NCBI GenBank assembly: GCA_964291675.2 | Contig: OZ219866.1 | Location: 2,016,001-2,080,000, forward strand | DNA from: Alphaproteobacteria bacterium | GTDB lineage: Bacteria > Pseudomonadota > Alphaproteobacteria > MPNO01 | Length of the DNA: 64,000 bases | Direction of reading: 5' to 3' | Shown here: one piece after another, positions 38,419 through 53,315 of the stretch | Position numbering within the stretch: position 1 is the first letter of the stretch | Layout: every line of letters begins with the position of its first letter | Made by a program: the position numbers and the translations under genes | The notes under the pieces: generated by a model | Told to the model about the DNA's origin: nothing | Seen by the model: the letters and a program-made list of their open reading frames with translations, nothing else | The model's database searches: none

Positions 38419-38460
38419 GACGAATTCCATATCACCGGGGAGCCGCCCCGGCAACAAGCG

Positions 38461-38504
38461 GCACCCGGCGGAGCCGCGAGTTGCACCCGGCGGAGCCGCG
38501 AGTT
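38461..38504. repeat. Exact 22-bp tandem duplication in a divergent intergenic region
   Basis: GCACCCGGCGGAGCCGCGAGTT at 38461-38482 and again at 38483-38504. Confidence 0.9.
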
Positions 38505-38571
38505 GAACGCCGGACGGCGCTCGCATAGGGTTTTCGTTACGAGACAACCTGTATTTCGAACGAGGTGGTCG

Positions 38572-39723
38572 ATGGCCGTTCCGGCACAGGAATACGAGAC
38601 CCGGATAACCCGCGCTCGCGCGCTCATGGCCGAGCGCGGCATGGACGGTCTCGTGGTGACCGACCCGACGACGTTCTTCTATTTCAGCGGTCAGCGTGCG
38701 CCGGCCTGGATGAGGCAGCGGCCCAACGTCTTCATCCTTCCCCTCGAAGGGGACGCGGCGGTCATAAGCTGGTCGGGGCCGGGCATGTTCGCGCGTCTCT
38801 ACGATCGGCCGTACCCGTCCTGGGTCGAGGACCGTCGCATCTATCCCGAGGTGCCGTTCAACACCGACGAACGGGTGGATTGGGGGATACGCGGGGTTCT
38901 CGAGGATCGCGGGCTGCAGGATGCTGCGATCGGAATCGAGCTCGGGCGCGAGACCTGGCTCGGCATCCCGCATGGCGACTTCCTGCGCTTGCAGGACGAT
39001 TTGCCCAATGTCCGGTTCGTCGAGTCCGGCCCCGTCGTCTGGGGCTGCCGGATGATAAAGTCGGAATGGGAGATCGAGGCGCAGCGCCAGGCTTGCGCGA
39101 TCGGCGGCCGGGCGTGGAAGCGCTGCTTCGAGGAGCTCCGCCCCGGGATCACCTCGGCCGAAATCCAGAAGCGCATCATCGCCTGCTACTTCGAGGAGGG
39201 GGCGGACCTCGATTCCGGCCCGCCGACCGCGCTCGGCGCCACCGGGCCCGGCGGTGCGTTCCAGGCGGGCGACGTGCTCTATCTCGACGGCGGCTGCCAT
39301 TTCGAGGGCTATCACATGGATTTCACGCGCCGGGCGGTGTTCGGCCCGCCCAGCGACCGGCAGCGCCGCGAGCATGACGGCATGTGGGAGATCCTGTTCA
39401 AGGTGATGGACCGCATGACCCCCGGGACCGGCATGGCGGAGATCTTCGAGTATTCCCAGTCCCTGCTGGCCGAGACCGATTTCGTCAACTATTCGGATCA
39501 CCCGGCGAAGCGCATCGGACACGGCATCGGCCTGGAGACCGAGCCGCCGTCGATCAACCGGTTCGACCCGACCGTCCTTCAGGTCGGCATGACGCTCACC
39601 CCGGAGCCCAAGATCGAGAGCCCGGACGGGCTGGTGAACCCGGAAGAGCATGTGGCGATCCGCGAGCACGGCTGCGAGATACTCTCGACCGATCCCGGCT
39701 GGGAGCTGTTTGTGGTCGATTGA
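38572..39723 (+). CDS. M24 family Xaa-Pro peptidase/creatinase-like hydrolase
   Basis: RMIKSEWEI, LDGG...YHMDFTR, GHGIG, TPEP and PEEH: all five metal ligands present. Confidence 0.88.
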   Translation: MAVPAQEYETRITRARALMAERGMDGLVVTDPTTFFYFSGQRAPAWMRQRPNVFILPLEGDAAVISWSGPGMFARLYDRPYPSWVEDRRIYPEVPFNTDERVDWGIRGVLEDRGLQDAAIGIELGRETWLGIPHGDFLRLQDDLPNVRFVESGPVVWGCRMIKSEWEIEAQRQACAIGGRAWKRCFEELRPGITSAEIQKRIIACYFEEGADLDSGPPTALGATGPGGAFQAGDVLYLDGGCHFEGYHMDFTRRAVFGPPSDRQRREHDGMWEILFKVMDRMTPGTGMAEIFEYSQSLLAETDFVNYSDHPAKRIGHGIGLETEPPSINRFDPTVLQVGMTLTPEPKIESPDGLVNPEEHVAIREHGCEILSTDPGWELFVVD

Positions 39724-39887
39724 CCGGGGCTTATACCGATTGCTTGACAGGCGCTCGGCTGACGCGGGTCGTCCACGGGTACGCCTCTCCGCCGCGCCAG
39801 GCGTACATCTCCGGTCGCCCGTCACGGTCGGCGCCCCGCCCCATCGCCAGGCCTCCGGCCGGATCGCCTTGCGCGGGGAGACGCCGC

Positions 39888-40016
39888 ATGGATGGCCGGA
39901 TCAAGTCCGGCCATGACGGGGTAGTGGCGGTGGCGGAGCATGAAGAGCCGGGCGCGGACCGGCTCATCGCCATGCCTCCCCTCCTCGTCATGCCCGGACT
40001 CGATCCGGGCATCCAT
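39888..40016. repeat. Inverted pair of REP-like palindromes
   Basis: The reverse complement of 39888-39917 is GTCATGGCCGGACTTGATCCGGCCATCCAT; 39987-40016 reads GTCATGCCCGGACTCGATCCGGGCATCCAT. Confidence 0.85.
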
Positions 40017-40277
40017 GGGCGGTGCATGGAGAGCCGGGCGCGGCCCGCCCCCATCGCCATGCCCCTGTACTGTTTACCGAGCATTTGTGGCGCGGCGAAT
40101 CGGGTTTTCCCGTCATGCTTCGGGTTCCGTCCATTTCGGACGGGTCGAACGGAATCGGGCGCGCCGGGCTGGCCGGCAGCCTGAACGGTTTGCCCGCGCC
40201 GGCGCATCGGCGCTACCATCGCGGCGGAGAGCCTACCGCCTCGCATGTACCCGGGGCTGCTAAAGGGGAGGAAACCC

Positions 40278-41270
40278 ATGAAATCGGCTTACCTCACGAC
40301 GCGTTTGGCGACGCTTTCCGCATGCGTTGCGGTGGCAGTCTGCTTCGTTCTCCCGGCCAGCGCGGCCGAGACGACGCTCCGCGTCGTCACGTTCTCGCAG
40401 CCGGACCGGAACTATCCCAGCATGGTGATGTTCAGGCGCTTCATCGAGCGGGTGAACAAGGCCGGCGAGGGCGTGCTCAAGCTCGACTATATCGGCGGGC
40501 CGTCCGTGGTGCCGCTGCGCGACCAGATGAACGCGACCGCCAAGGGCGTCGCCGACATGGTGATGACGTTTACCATCCACCAGGCGCTGGTCCCGGAGAT
40601 CGGCACCGTCGGCATGTCGGAGATATCGCCCAAGGAAGAGCGCGAGGTGGGCTATGTCGACCTGCTCGACGAGGCGCACAAGAAGATCGGCATCAAGGTC
40701 ATGGGACGCACGGCGACCGATGTCGGCTTCCATATCTTCTCCAAGAAGCCGATCGAGCGGATGGCCGATCTGAAGAACGTCAAGATCCGCTCGCACGCGG
40801 GCTACGACCCCTTCATGAAGGCGATCGGCGCCTCGCCCATACATATGAAGATCTCCGAGATCTATCCCGGTCTAGAGCGCGGCGTGGTGCAGGCGGCACC
40901 GTTTCCGCTGGCGGCGACGAATATCGGGATTCACGAAGTCATCTGCTGCGCGATGGCCGATGCGTTCTGGCCGGCGCATACGACGTTCAGCTTCGTGAAC
41001 CGCGGCAAGTGGAGCAAGCTGTCCGCCGCGGCGAAGAAGCTGATGCAGGACGAGCAGGCCGAGATGGAGCGCTTCATGGTTCCGAAGGGCAAGGAGCTGA
41101 AGGCGGGCGAGATGGCCAAGCTGCAAGAGAGCGGCGTGAAGTTCGTCAGCCTGCCCGCGGACGAAGCGAAGAAATGGGTGGACGTGGCCAACGAATCGCG
41201 CTGGGCGGTCATGAAGAAGAGGCTGGCGCCCGAGCAGTACGCGAAGATCCGCAAGATGATCACGCGCTGA
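40278..41270 (+). CDS. dctP: TRAP transporter substrate-binding protein
   Basis: Signal peptide, DLKNVKIR and EIYPGLERGVV motifs; upstream of dctQM. Confidence 0.87.
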   Translation: MKSAYLTTRLATLSACVAVAVCFVLPASAAETTLRVVTFSQPDRNYPSMVMFRRFIERVNKAGEGVLKLDYIGGPSVVPLRDQMNATAKGVADMVMTFTIHQALVPEIGTVGMSEISPKEEREVGYVDLLDEAHKKIGIKVMGRTATDVGFHIFSKKPIERMADLKNVKIRSHAGYDPFMKAIGASPIHMKISEIYPGLERGVVQAAPFPLAATNIGIHEVICCAMADAFWPAHTTFSFVNRGKWSKLSAAAKKLMQDEQAEMERFMVPKGKELKAGEMAKLQESGVKFVSLPADEAKKWVDVANESRWAVMKKRLAPEQYAKIRKMITR

Positions 41271-41331
41271 CGCGCCGCCGTCATCGAGGGACTTTCCGGC
41301 AATCCAGGCGACGCTCGGGCGGAGACACCGT

Positions 41332-41844
41332 TTGGGGGCGGCATTCGACAGGATCGTCAACGCCTTCGCCTGGATCGCCGGCGCGCTGCTGATCTTCCAG
41401 GTCGTCAGCGTGTCCGCCGATGTCGGCTCGCGCTATTTCTTCGGCGAGTCCATCCGCTGGGTGATCGCGCTCAACGAGTGGAGCCTGCTGTTCATCGCGT
41501 TTCTCGGCGCCGCCTGGCTGCAGCAGCGGGGCGGCCATGTCCGGCTCGACATCCTGGTAACCCGCTTCGGGCGGCGGACCCGGCTCGCCTCCGAGCTGTT
41601 CGGCCTGCTGCTCGGGATCTGCGTCTGCCTGGTGCTGGTCTGGCAGGGCGGCAAGGTCACCTGGGAGAAGTTCCTGACCAACGAATACGACTACTTCAAG
41701 GTCGAGGAAGTTCCCATCTTCATCGTGCTCGCGGTCATCCCGCTGGGCAGCGCGGTCTTCCTGGTGCAGTTGGCGAGGGACGCCTGGAGGCTGATACGCG
41801 CCCCCGCCGAGCGGCGGTCCGGCGACGTTCAGGTCGACCTCTAG
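41332..41844 (+). CDS. dctQ: TRAP transporter small permease
   Basis: Four TM helices, GHVRLDIL motif. Confidence 0.87.
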   Translation: MGAAFDRIVNAFAWIAGALLIFQVVSVSADVGSRYFFGESIRWVIALNEWSLLFIAFLGAAWLQQRGGHVRLDILVTRFGRRTRLASELFGLLLGICVCLVLVWQGGKVTWEKFLTNEYDYFKVEEVPIFIVLAVIPLGSAVFLVQLARDAWRLIRAPAERRSGDVQVDL

Positions 41845-41868
41845 CGCGCGCGGCGGGAGGAGACCGGC

Positions 41869-43185
41869 GTGGAATGGTACTGGTCGCTGGCGCTGATACT
41901 GGGGGCGTTCTTCACCCTGCTGTTCGTCGGGGTCCCGGTCGTCTTCTCGTTCTTCGCGGTGAACATCGTCGGCATGTTCCTGCTGATGGGCGGCGAGGCC
42001 GGGCTCGAACAGATGGTCAACAGCGCCTATGGCAGCCTGACGGTGTTCGTGCTGCTGCCGATCACCCTGTTCGTGCTGATGGGCGAGGTGATGTTCCGGG
42101 CGGGCGTCGCGGCGCGCATGATAGACGCGCTCGACAAGTGGCTCGGCAACCTTCCCGGGCGCCTGTCGCTGCTCGCCGTGGCGTCCGGGACGGTGCTCGC
42201 CTCGCTCAGCGGCGCCAGCATCGGGACCACCGCGATGCTCGGCGCGACGCTCGCGCCGGAGCTGGAATCGCGGGGCTACAAGAAGCCGATGAGCATCGGC
42301 CCGCTGCTCGGCAGCGGCGGGCTCGCGATCATGATCCCGCCGAGCGGGTTGGGCGTGATTCTGGCGGTGCTGGCCGAGGTGTCGGTCGGCAAGCTGCTGA
42401 TCGCGATCGTCCTGCCGGGCATCATGATGGCGGTGCTGTATGCGTCCTACATCGTCGTCCGCTGCTACCTGCAACCCGAGCTCGCGCCGCGCTACGCCGT
42501 CGAACGGGTGCCGCTCGGGCTGAAGATCGTCCTCACCGTCAAATACGTCCTGCCGCTCGGCCTCATCGTGTTCCTCGTCGTCGGGCTGATCTTTCTCGGC
42601 GTCGCCACGCCCACCGAGGCGGCGGCGCTCGGCACCGCCGGGGCGTTCGTGCTCGCCGCCTGCTATCGCGGGCTCAGCTGGAAGGTCACCCGCGAGGCGC
42701 TGGAGAGCACGCTCAGGATCGCGGTGATGGTGCTGATCATCCTCGCCGCGGCCCAGGCCTATTCGCAGGTGCTCGCCTTCACCGGCGCCAACCGCTATCT
42801 CGTGCAATGGGCGGTCGGGCTCCCGGTGGCGCCGCTGGTCCTCATCGTCATGATGCAGGTCGTCATCCTGATCCTCGGCGGCTTCATCTCCGGCGTGCCC
42901 CTGATGCTGATCACCCTGCCGGTCTTCCTGCCCGTGGTGAAGCAGCTCGGCTACGACCCGATCTGGTTTCTCGTCCTGTTCCTGATCAATATCGAGATGG
43001 CGCAGACCACCCCGCCCTACGGCATCCTGCTCTATGTGATGAAGGGCGTGTCGCCGCCGGATACCACGATGGGCCAGATCATCCGGGCGGCGGTCCCCTT
43101 CCTGATCTGCGACGTCATCGCCATGGCCCTGATCATGGGATTCCCCGACATCTCCCTGGCCCTGCCGGGGCTGATGATCAAGTGA
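41869..43185 (+). CDS. dctM: TRAP transporter large permease
   Basis: LFVLMGE, IMIPPS, TPTEAA, DPIWF and TPPYG motifs. Confidence 0.92.
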   Translation: MEWYWSLALILGAFFTLLFVGVPVVFSFFAVNIVGMFLLMGGEAGLEQMVNSAYGSLTVFVLLPITLFVLMGEVMFRAGVAARMIDALDKWLGNLPGRLSLLAVASGTVLASLSGASIGTTAMLGATLAPELESRGYKKPMSIGPLLGSGGLAIMIPPSGLGVILAVLAEVSVGKLLIAIVLPGIMMAVLYASYIVVRCYLQPELAPRYAVERVPLGLKIVLTVKYVLPLGLIVFLVVGLIFLGVATPTEAAALGTAGAFVLAACYRGLSWKVTREALESTLRIAVMVLIILAAAQAYSQVLAFTGANRYLVQWAVGLPVAPLVLIVMMQVVILILGGFISGVPLMLITLPVFLPVVKQLGYDPIWFLVLFLINIEMAQTTPPYGILLYVMKGVSPPDTTMGQIIRAAVPFLICDVIAMALIMGFPDISLALPGLMIK

Positions 43186-43204
43186 CGCGACCGTCCCCGG
43201 GAGG

Positions 43205-44218
43205 ATGACCTTGCGGTTTCCCGAACAGCTCCTGCTCGACAGCGCCGATATCGCGGCGGTGGCGCCGCCGCTCGCGGAGATCGTCGACATGGTCGAACGG
43301 ACGTATCGCATGGACGGGCGGGGCGAGGTCGAGGTGCCCCTGAAGGCGGGGGTGCATCCGGACCGTCCGCACAGCTTCCTGCACGCCATGCCCGCCTGGG
43401 TCGCCGGAGAGCGGGCGCTCGGGATGAAGTGGATCTCCTACTACCCCGGCAACGCCGAGCGCGGGCTCCCCGACTCCTCGGGGCTGATCGTGCTCAACGA
43501 TCCCGACCACGGGCTGCCGGTGGCGATCATGGAAGGCATGTGGATCACCTTCGTGCGCACGGCGGCCTGCGGCGCGGTGGCCGCCCGGCACTGCGCGCGC
43601 CGGGACCCGGCGCGTCTCGGGCTGGTCGGGTGCGGCGGCCTCGGCAAGTGGTCTCTCAGGGTGCTGTCGGCGCTGTTTCCCACCCTGAAGGATGTCTTCG
43701 TCGCATCGCGCAGCCGGGCGAGCCGCGAGAGATTCTGCGCCGCCATGGCGGCGGAGGGGAGCTGGACCCTGACCCCGGTAGACACCACCGAGGATGCGGT
43801 GCGCGGCATGGACATCGTCGTCTCGTCGATACCGCAGGGATCGGAGCGGCCGCTCAAGGCCGGCTGGTGGACGCCCGGCATGCTGGCCATCCCGCTCGAC
43901 GTCCTGACCGCCTGGGAGGACGAGGCGTTCGAGATCGTCGACCTGCTGGTCGCCGACAACGACGCCGGGCTGAAGGCGGCCGCGGCACAGCGGCGGCCCG
44001 ATCTTGCGCTGCCCGACGATTTCGCCTCCTTCGGCGATATCGTGCTCGGCAACCGCCCCGGCCGCCTCGACGACCGGGACCGCATCATGGCGATACCGAC
44101 CGGGCTCGGGAGCGTCGACATGCCGCTTGCGTGGTCGATCTACCGGCGGGCCCGGGAGGCCGGGGTGGGGAAGACCATCGATTTGCTGTCCGACGCCCCG
44201 CTGTCGGGCGCGCGTTAG
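43205..44218 (+). CDS. Ornithine cyclodeaminase/mu-crystallin family protein
   Basis: HAMPA, GMKWISYYPGN, RTAA, GCGGLG and GLGSVD motifs. Confidence 0.88.
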   Translation: MTLRFPEQLLLDSADIAAVAPPLAEIVDMVERTYRMDGRGEVEVPLKAGVHPDRPHSFLHAMPAWVAGERALGMKWISYYPGNAERGLPDSSGLIVLNDPDHGLPVAIMEGMWITFVRTAACGAVAARHCARRDPARLGLVGCGGLGKWSLRVLSALFPTLKDVFVASRSRASRERFCAAMAAEGSWTLTPVDTTEDAVRGMDIVVSSIPQGSERPLKAGWWTPGMLAIPLDVLTAWEDEAFEIVDLLVADNDAGLKAAAAQRRPDLALPDDFASFGDIVLGNRPGRLDDRDRIMAIPTGLGSVDMPLAWSIYRRAREAGVGKTIDLLSDAPLSGAR

Positions 44219-44232
44219 CACGGGGAACGGAG

Positions 44233-45306
44233 ATGGACGGGTTGGCGATCCGCATGACCGAACGGAGCCGGCTCGGGGATCTCGATCTCGACCGGCTGGT
44301 CTTCGGCGAAATCTTCTCCGACCACATGTTCAGCATGGTCTGGCGCGACGGCGCGTGGCGCGACCCGGAGATCGTCCCCTACGGCCCGATCCCCATCGAG
44401 CCCGGCGCGATGACGCTGCACTACGCCCAGATGGCGTTCGAGGGGCTGAAGGCGTTTGTCGGCGTGGACGGGCGGGTCCGCGTCTTCCGTCCCGACCGCA
44501 ACGCGAGACGGCTGCGCCTGTCCTGCCGGCGCATGTGCATTCCCGAGATCGACGAGGACGACTTCGTCCAGGCGGTGACCCGGCTGGTCGATATCGACCG
44601 GGGCTGGATATCGGACCGGCCGGGCCACGGGCTCTACATCCGGCCCATCGTGTTCAGCGCCGAAGCGCATCTCGAGGTCCGGCCGTCGAGAGCCTACCGG
44701 TTCATCGTCATGACCTGTCCGGTGGGTGCGTATTTCGCCAGCGGCGATGCCGGCCTGTCGCTCAAAATCGAGGATCGTTTCGCGCGCACCGCGCCGCATG
44801 GCGGGGTGGGCGAGACCAAGACCTCGGCCAACTACGCGACGACGTTTGCCGCCGGCCGGCAGGCGCGCGAAGACGGGTTCGACCAGGTGCTGTGGCTCGA
44901 CGGCAGCCAGCACCGCTATGTCGAGGAGGCCGGGTTGATGAACGTGTTCTTCAAGCTCGGCGAGCGCGTCGTCACGCCGGCGCTCAACGGCGCGATCCTT
45001 CCGGGCGTGACGCGGGAGAGCGTCATCGCGCTGCTGGCCGACCGGGGCATCGCGGTCGAGGAGCGGGAAGTCGCGATCGACGAAATCGTCGCCGCGTGCG
45101 AAGACGGCGCGCTCGAAGAGGCGTTCGTCACCGGAACCGCCGCGGTCGTGCTCCCGGTCGGCCGGCTGAACTTCAAGGGGCGCGACCTGATCCCCCTGCT
45201 TGCCGGCGAAGCGCCGCTCACCGGATCGCTGCACGACGAGCTGACCGGCATCCAGTACGGGCGCATCGAAGACCGCCACGGCTGGAACCATCCGGTCGAA
45301 ATCTGA
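44233..45306 (+). CDS. ilvE: Branched-chain amino acid aminotransferase
   Basis: FSDHM, LHYAQMAFEGLKA, LYIRP, KTSANY (PLP lysine), EEAGLMN, ILPGVTR and GTAAV motifs. Confidence 0.92.
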   Translation: MDGLAIRMTERSRLGDLDLDRLVFGEIFSDHMFSMVWRDGAWRDPEIVPYGPIPIEPGAMTLHYAQMAFEGLKAFVGVDGRVRVFRPDRNARRLRLSCRRMCIPEIDEDDFVQAVTRLVDIDRGWISDRPGHGLYIRPIVFSAEAHLEVRPSRAYRFIVMTCPVGAYFASGDAGLSLKIEDRFARTAPHGGVGETKTSANYATTFAAGRQAREDGFDQVLWLDGSQHRYVEEAGLMNVFFKLGERVVTPALNGAILPGVTRESVIALLADRGIAVEEREVAIDEIVAACEDGALEEAFVTGTAAVVLPVGRLNFKGRDLIPLLAGEAPLTGSLHDELTGIQYGRIEDRHGWNHPVEI

Positions 45307-45480
45307 CCGGTCGGCCGCCGATTCGGCCGCCTTTCGCTTGCGCGAGCGACCGAGGCAATCGTCCCGCCTGTCTTCTACCCGACCCCGCGATGCTCTATAT
45401 GGTTGTTCTTTTGGGCGCCGCCCGGACCGGTTCCGAGGGTGGCGGCTCTTCCCGGACGAAACCCGTGGAGGTGACATCCC

Positions 45481-51496
<6,016 letters not shown>

Positions 51497-51509
51497 TCGT
51501 CCGCCCGGG

Positions 51510-52811
51510 TCAATAGAGCACGCCCGGCAGCCACAACGCCAGCTCGGGCACCGCCAGCATCAGCACCACCAGCAGGAAGGCGGCCGCGAGGAAGGGCATG
51601 ATGCCGGCATAGATCGAGGACAGCGGGATCTCGGGCACCTGCGAGCGGATGACGAATATGTTGAGCCCGACCGGGGGGGTGACCAGGCCGATCTCGATCA
51701 CCACGACGAGCAGCACGCCGAACCACACCGGGTCGTAGCCGAGCTCCAGCAGGAGCGGCAGGAACACCGGCACGGTGATCAGCATCATGGCGATCGATTC
51801 GAGCACGCAGCCGAGCAGGACGTAGAACGCCACCAGCGTCACCATGACCAGCCAGGGCGGCAGCCCGGTCCCCTTGACCCACTCCACCAGCCCCGCCGGC
51901 ACCTGGGTCCGCACCAGGAAATAGGAGAACAGGAACGCGGTGATCAGGATGAAGAACAGCATCGACGCGGTGCGCACGGTCTCCACCATGCTGTCGAGCA
52001 GCACCCCCCAGGTGATGCTGCGGGTGAGCGCGGCGATCGCGATGGCGCCGAAGGCGGCGACCGCGGCGGCCTCGGTCGGGCTGAAGATGCCGGCATAGAT
52101 GCCGCCGACGGCGAGGAAGAAGAGGATCAGGAGCTTCCACATCCCGGTGAGCTGGCGGAGCCGGCGCGACCACGGCACCGCGACGCTGTCGGGCGTCCAT
52201 CCCGGCAGCACGCGCGAGATCACCCAGACCACGACGATCTGCAGCCCGGCCAGCACGATCCCCGGGATCAGCCCGGCCGCGAAGAGCTGCGGCACCGACT
52301 GCTCGGCGACGATGGCGTAGAGCACCAGCATGACCGAGGGCGGGATCAGGATGCCGAGCGTCCCGCCCATGGCGACGGCGCCGGTCGACAGCCGGTCGTC
52401 GTAGCCGAGGCGCTGCATCTCGGGAACCGCGATCCGGCCCATCGTCGCCGCGGTCGCCAGCGAGGAGCCGCAGATGCAGCCGAATCCGGCGCAGGCCCCG
52501 ATGGTCGCCATCGCCAGCGCGCCGCGGCGGCCGGAGAACAGCGCGTTGGCGGCATCGAACAGCTCGCGCGACATGCCCGAGTGACCCGACACCACGCCCA
52601 TCAATATGAACAGCGGCATCACCGAGAGCGCATAGCCCGCGGTCAGGTCGAACGGCGTGGTCCCGAGCACGATGAACGCGGTGTCCCAGCCGTCGAGCGC
52701 GGCATACCCGACCAGCCCGACGATGCCGAGCGCAATTGCGATCTTGACGCGCAGCATGATCAGCACGATCAGCGCGACCACGCCGAGGATGCCGATGAGC
52801 TCGGAACTCAT
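51510..52811 (-). CDS. dctM: TRAP transporter large permease
   Basis: PLFILMG, GSSLATAA, LIPPS, SPTEAA and TPPVG motifs. Confidence 0.92.
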   Translation of the reverse strand: MSSELIGILGVVALIVLIMLRVKIAIALGIVGLVGYAALDGWDTAFIVLGTTPFDLTAGYALSVMPLFILMGVVSGHSGMSRELFDAANALFSGRRGALAMATIGACAGFGCICGSSLATAATMGRIAVPEMQRLGYDDRLSTGAVAMGGTLGILIPPSVMLVLYAIVAEQSVPQLFAAGLIPGIVLAGLQIVVVWVISRVLPGWTPDSVAVPWSRRLRQLTGMWKLLILFFLAVGGIYAGIFSPTEAAAVAAFGAIAIAALTRSITWGVLLDSMVETVRTASMLFFILITAFLFSYFLVRTQVPAGLVEWVKGTGLPPWLVMVTLVAFYVLLGCVLESIAMMLITVPVFLPLLLELGYDPVWFGVLLVVVIEIGLVTPPVGLNIFVIRSQVPEIPLSSIYAGIMPFLAAAFLLVVLMLAVPELALWLPGVLY

Positions 52812-53302
52812 CGGACCCCGACCGATCCGGCGAGCCGCAGCAGGTCGCGCACGAACAACAGCGCCACCGCCAGCATCGAGCAGGCGACTCCGAGCAGGAT
52901 CGGCACCCAGTGGACGATCTTCGGAATCTCCAGATCCTTGGTCTCGTCGCCGAAGGCGTACATGTCGAGCGCCGGCTCGATCATGTGGATCTCCATCAGC
53001 ACCAGCAGGACCAAAGCGAGCCCGGTCGAGACGGTCTCGAAGACCGGCCGGAGCCGCGGCCCGAACACCTCGTCGAGCACCTCGACGACGACGTGCTCGC
53101 GGCGCAGGAAGGTCTCGGGGATGGCCAGATAGACCATCGCGACCAGGAACAGCTCGACCAGGTCGAAGGTCCCGAAGATCGGCAGGTTGATCGCCCGCAG
53201 CGGGATATCCGCCACGGTGATCAGCATCATCGCGGCGAGAAACAGGACGGCGGCGCGGGTCAGGTACCGCGCCGCCGTATCGAAGACCGCATCCACGCTC
53301 AA
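52808..53302 (-). CDS. dctQ: TRAP transporter small permease
   Basis: Four TM helices, EHVVVEVL; lies between dctP and dctM. Confidence 0.85.
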   Translation of the reverse strand: MSVDAVFDTAARYLTRAAVLFLAAMMLITVADIPLRAINLPIFGTFDLVELFLVAMVYLAIPETFLRREHVVVEVLDEVFGPRLRPVFETVSTGLALVLLVLMEIHMIEPALDMYAFGDETKDLEIPKIVHWVPILLGVACSMLAVALLFVRDLLRLAGSVGVR

Positions 53303-53315
53303 GGCGGGCGCGGAC

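Noticed and set aside
39826-40063. Possible CRISPR array
   Set aside because: The palindromes are inverted relative to each other, the linkers are repeated rather than unique, and there are no cas genes.
39731-40279. Small ORFs across the REP region (182 aa, 107 aa, 64 aa)
   Set aside because: They are translations of the repeat elements, with no RBS or domain support.
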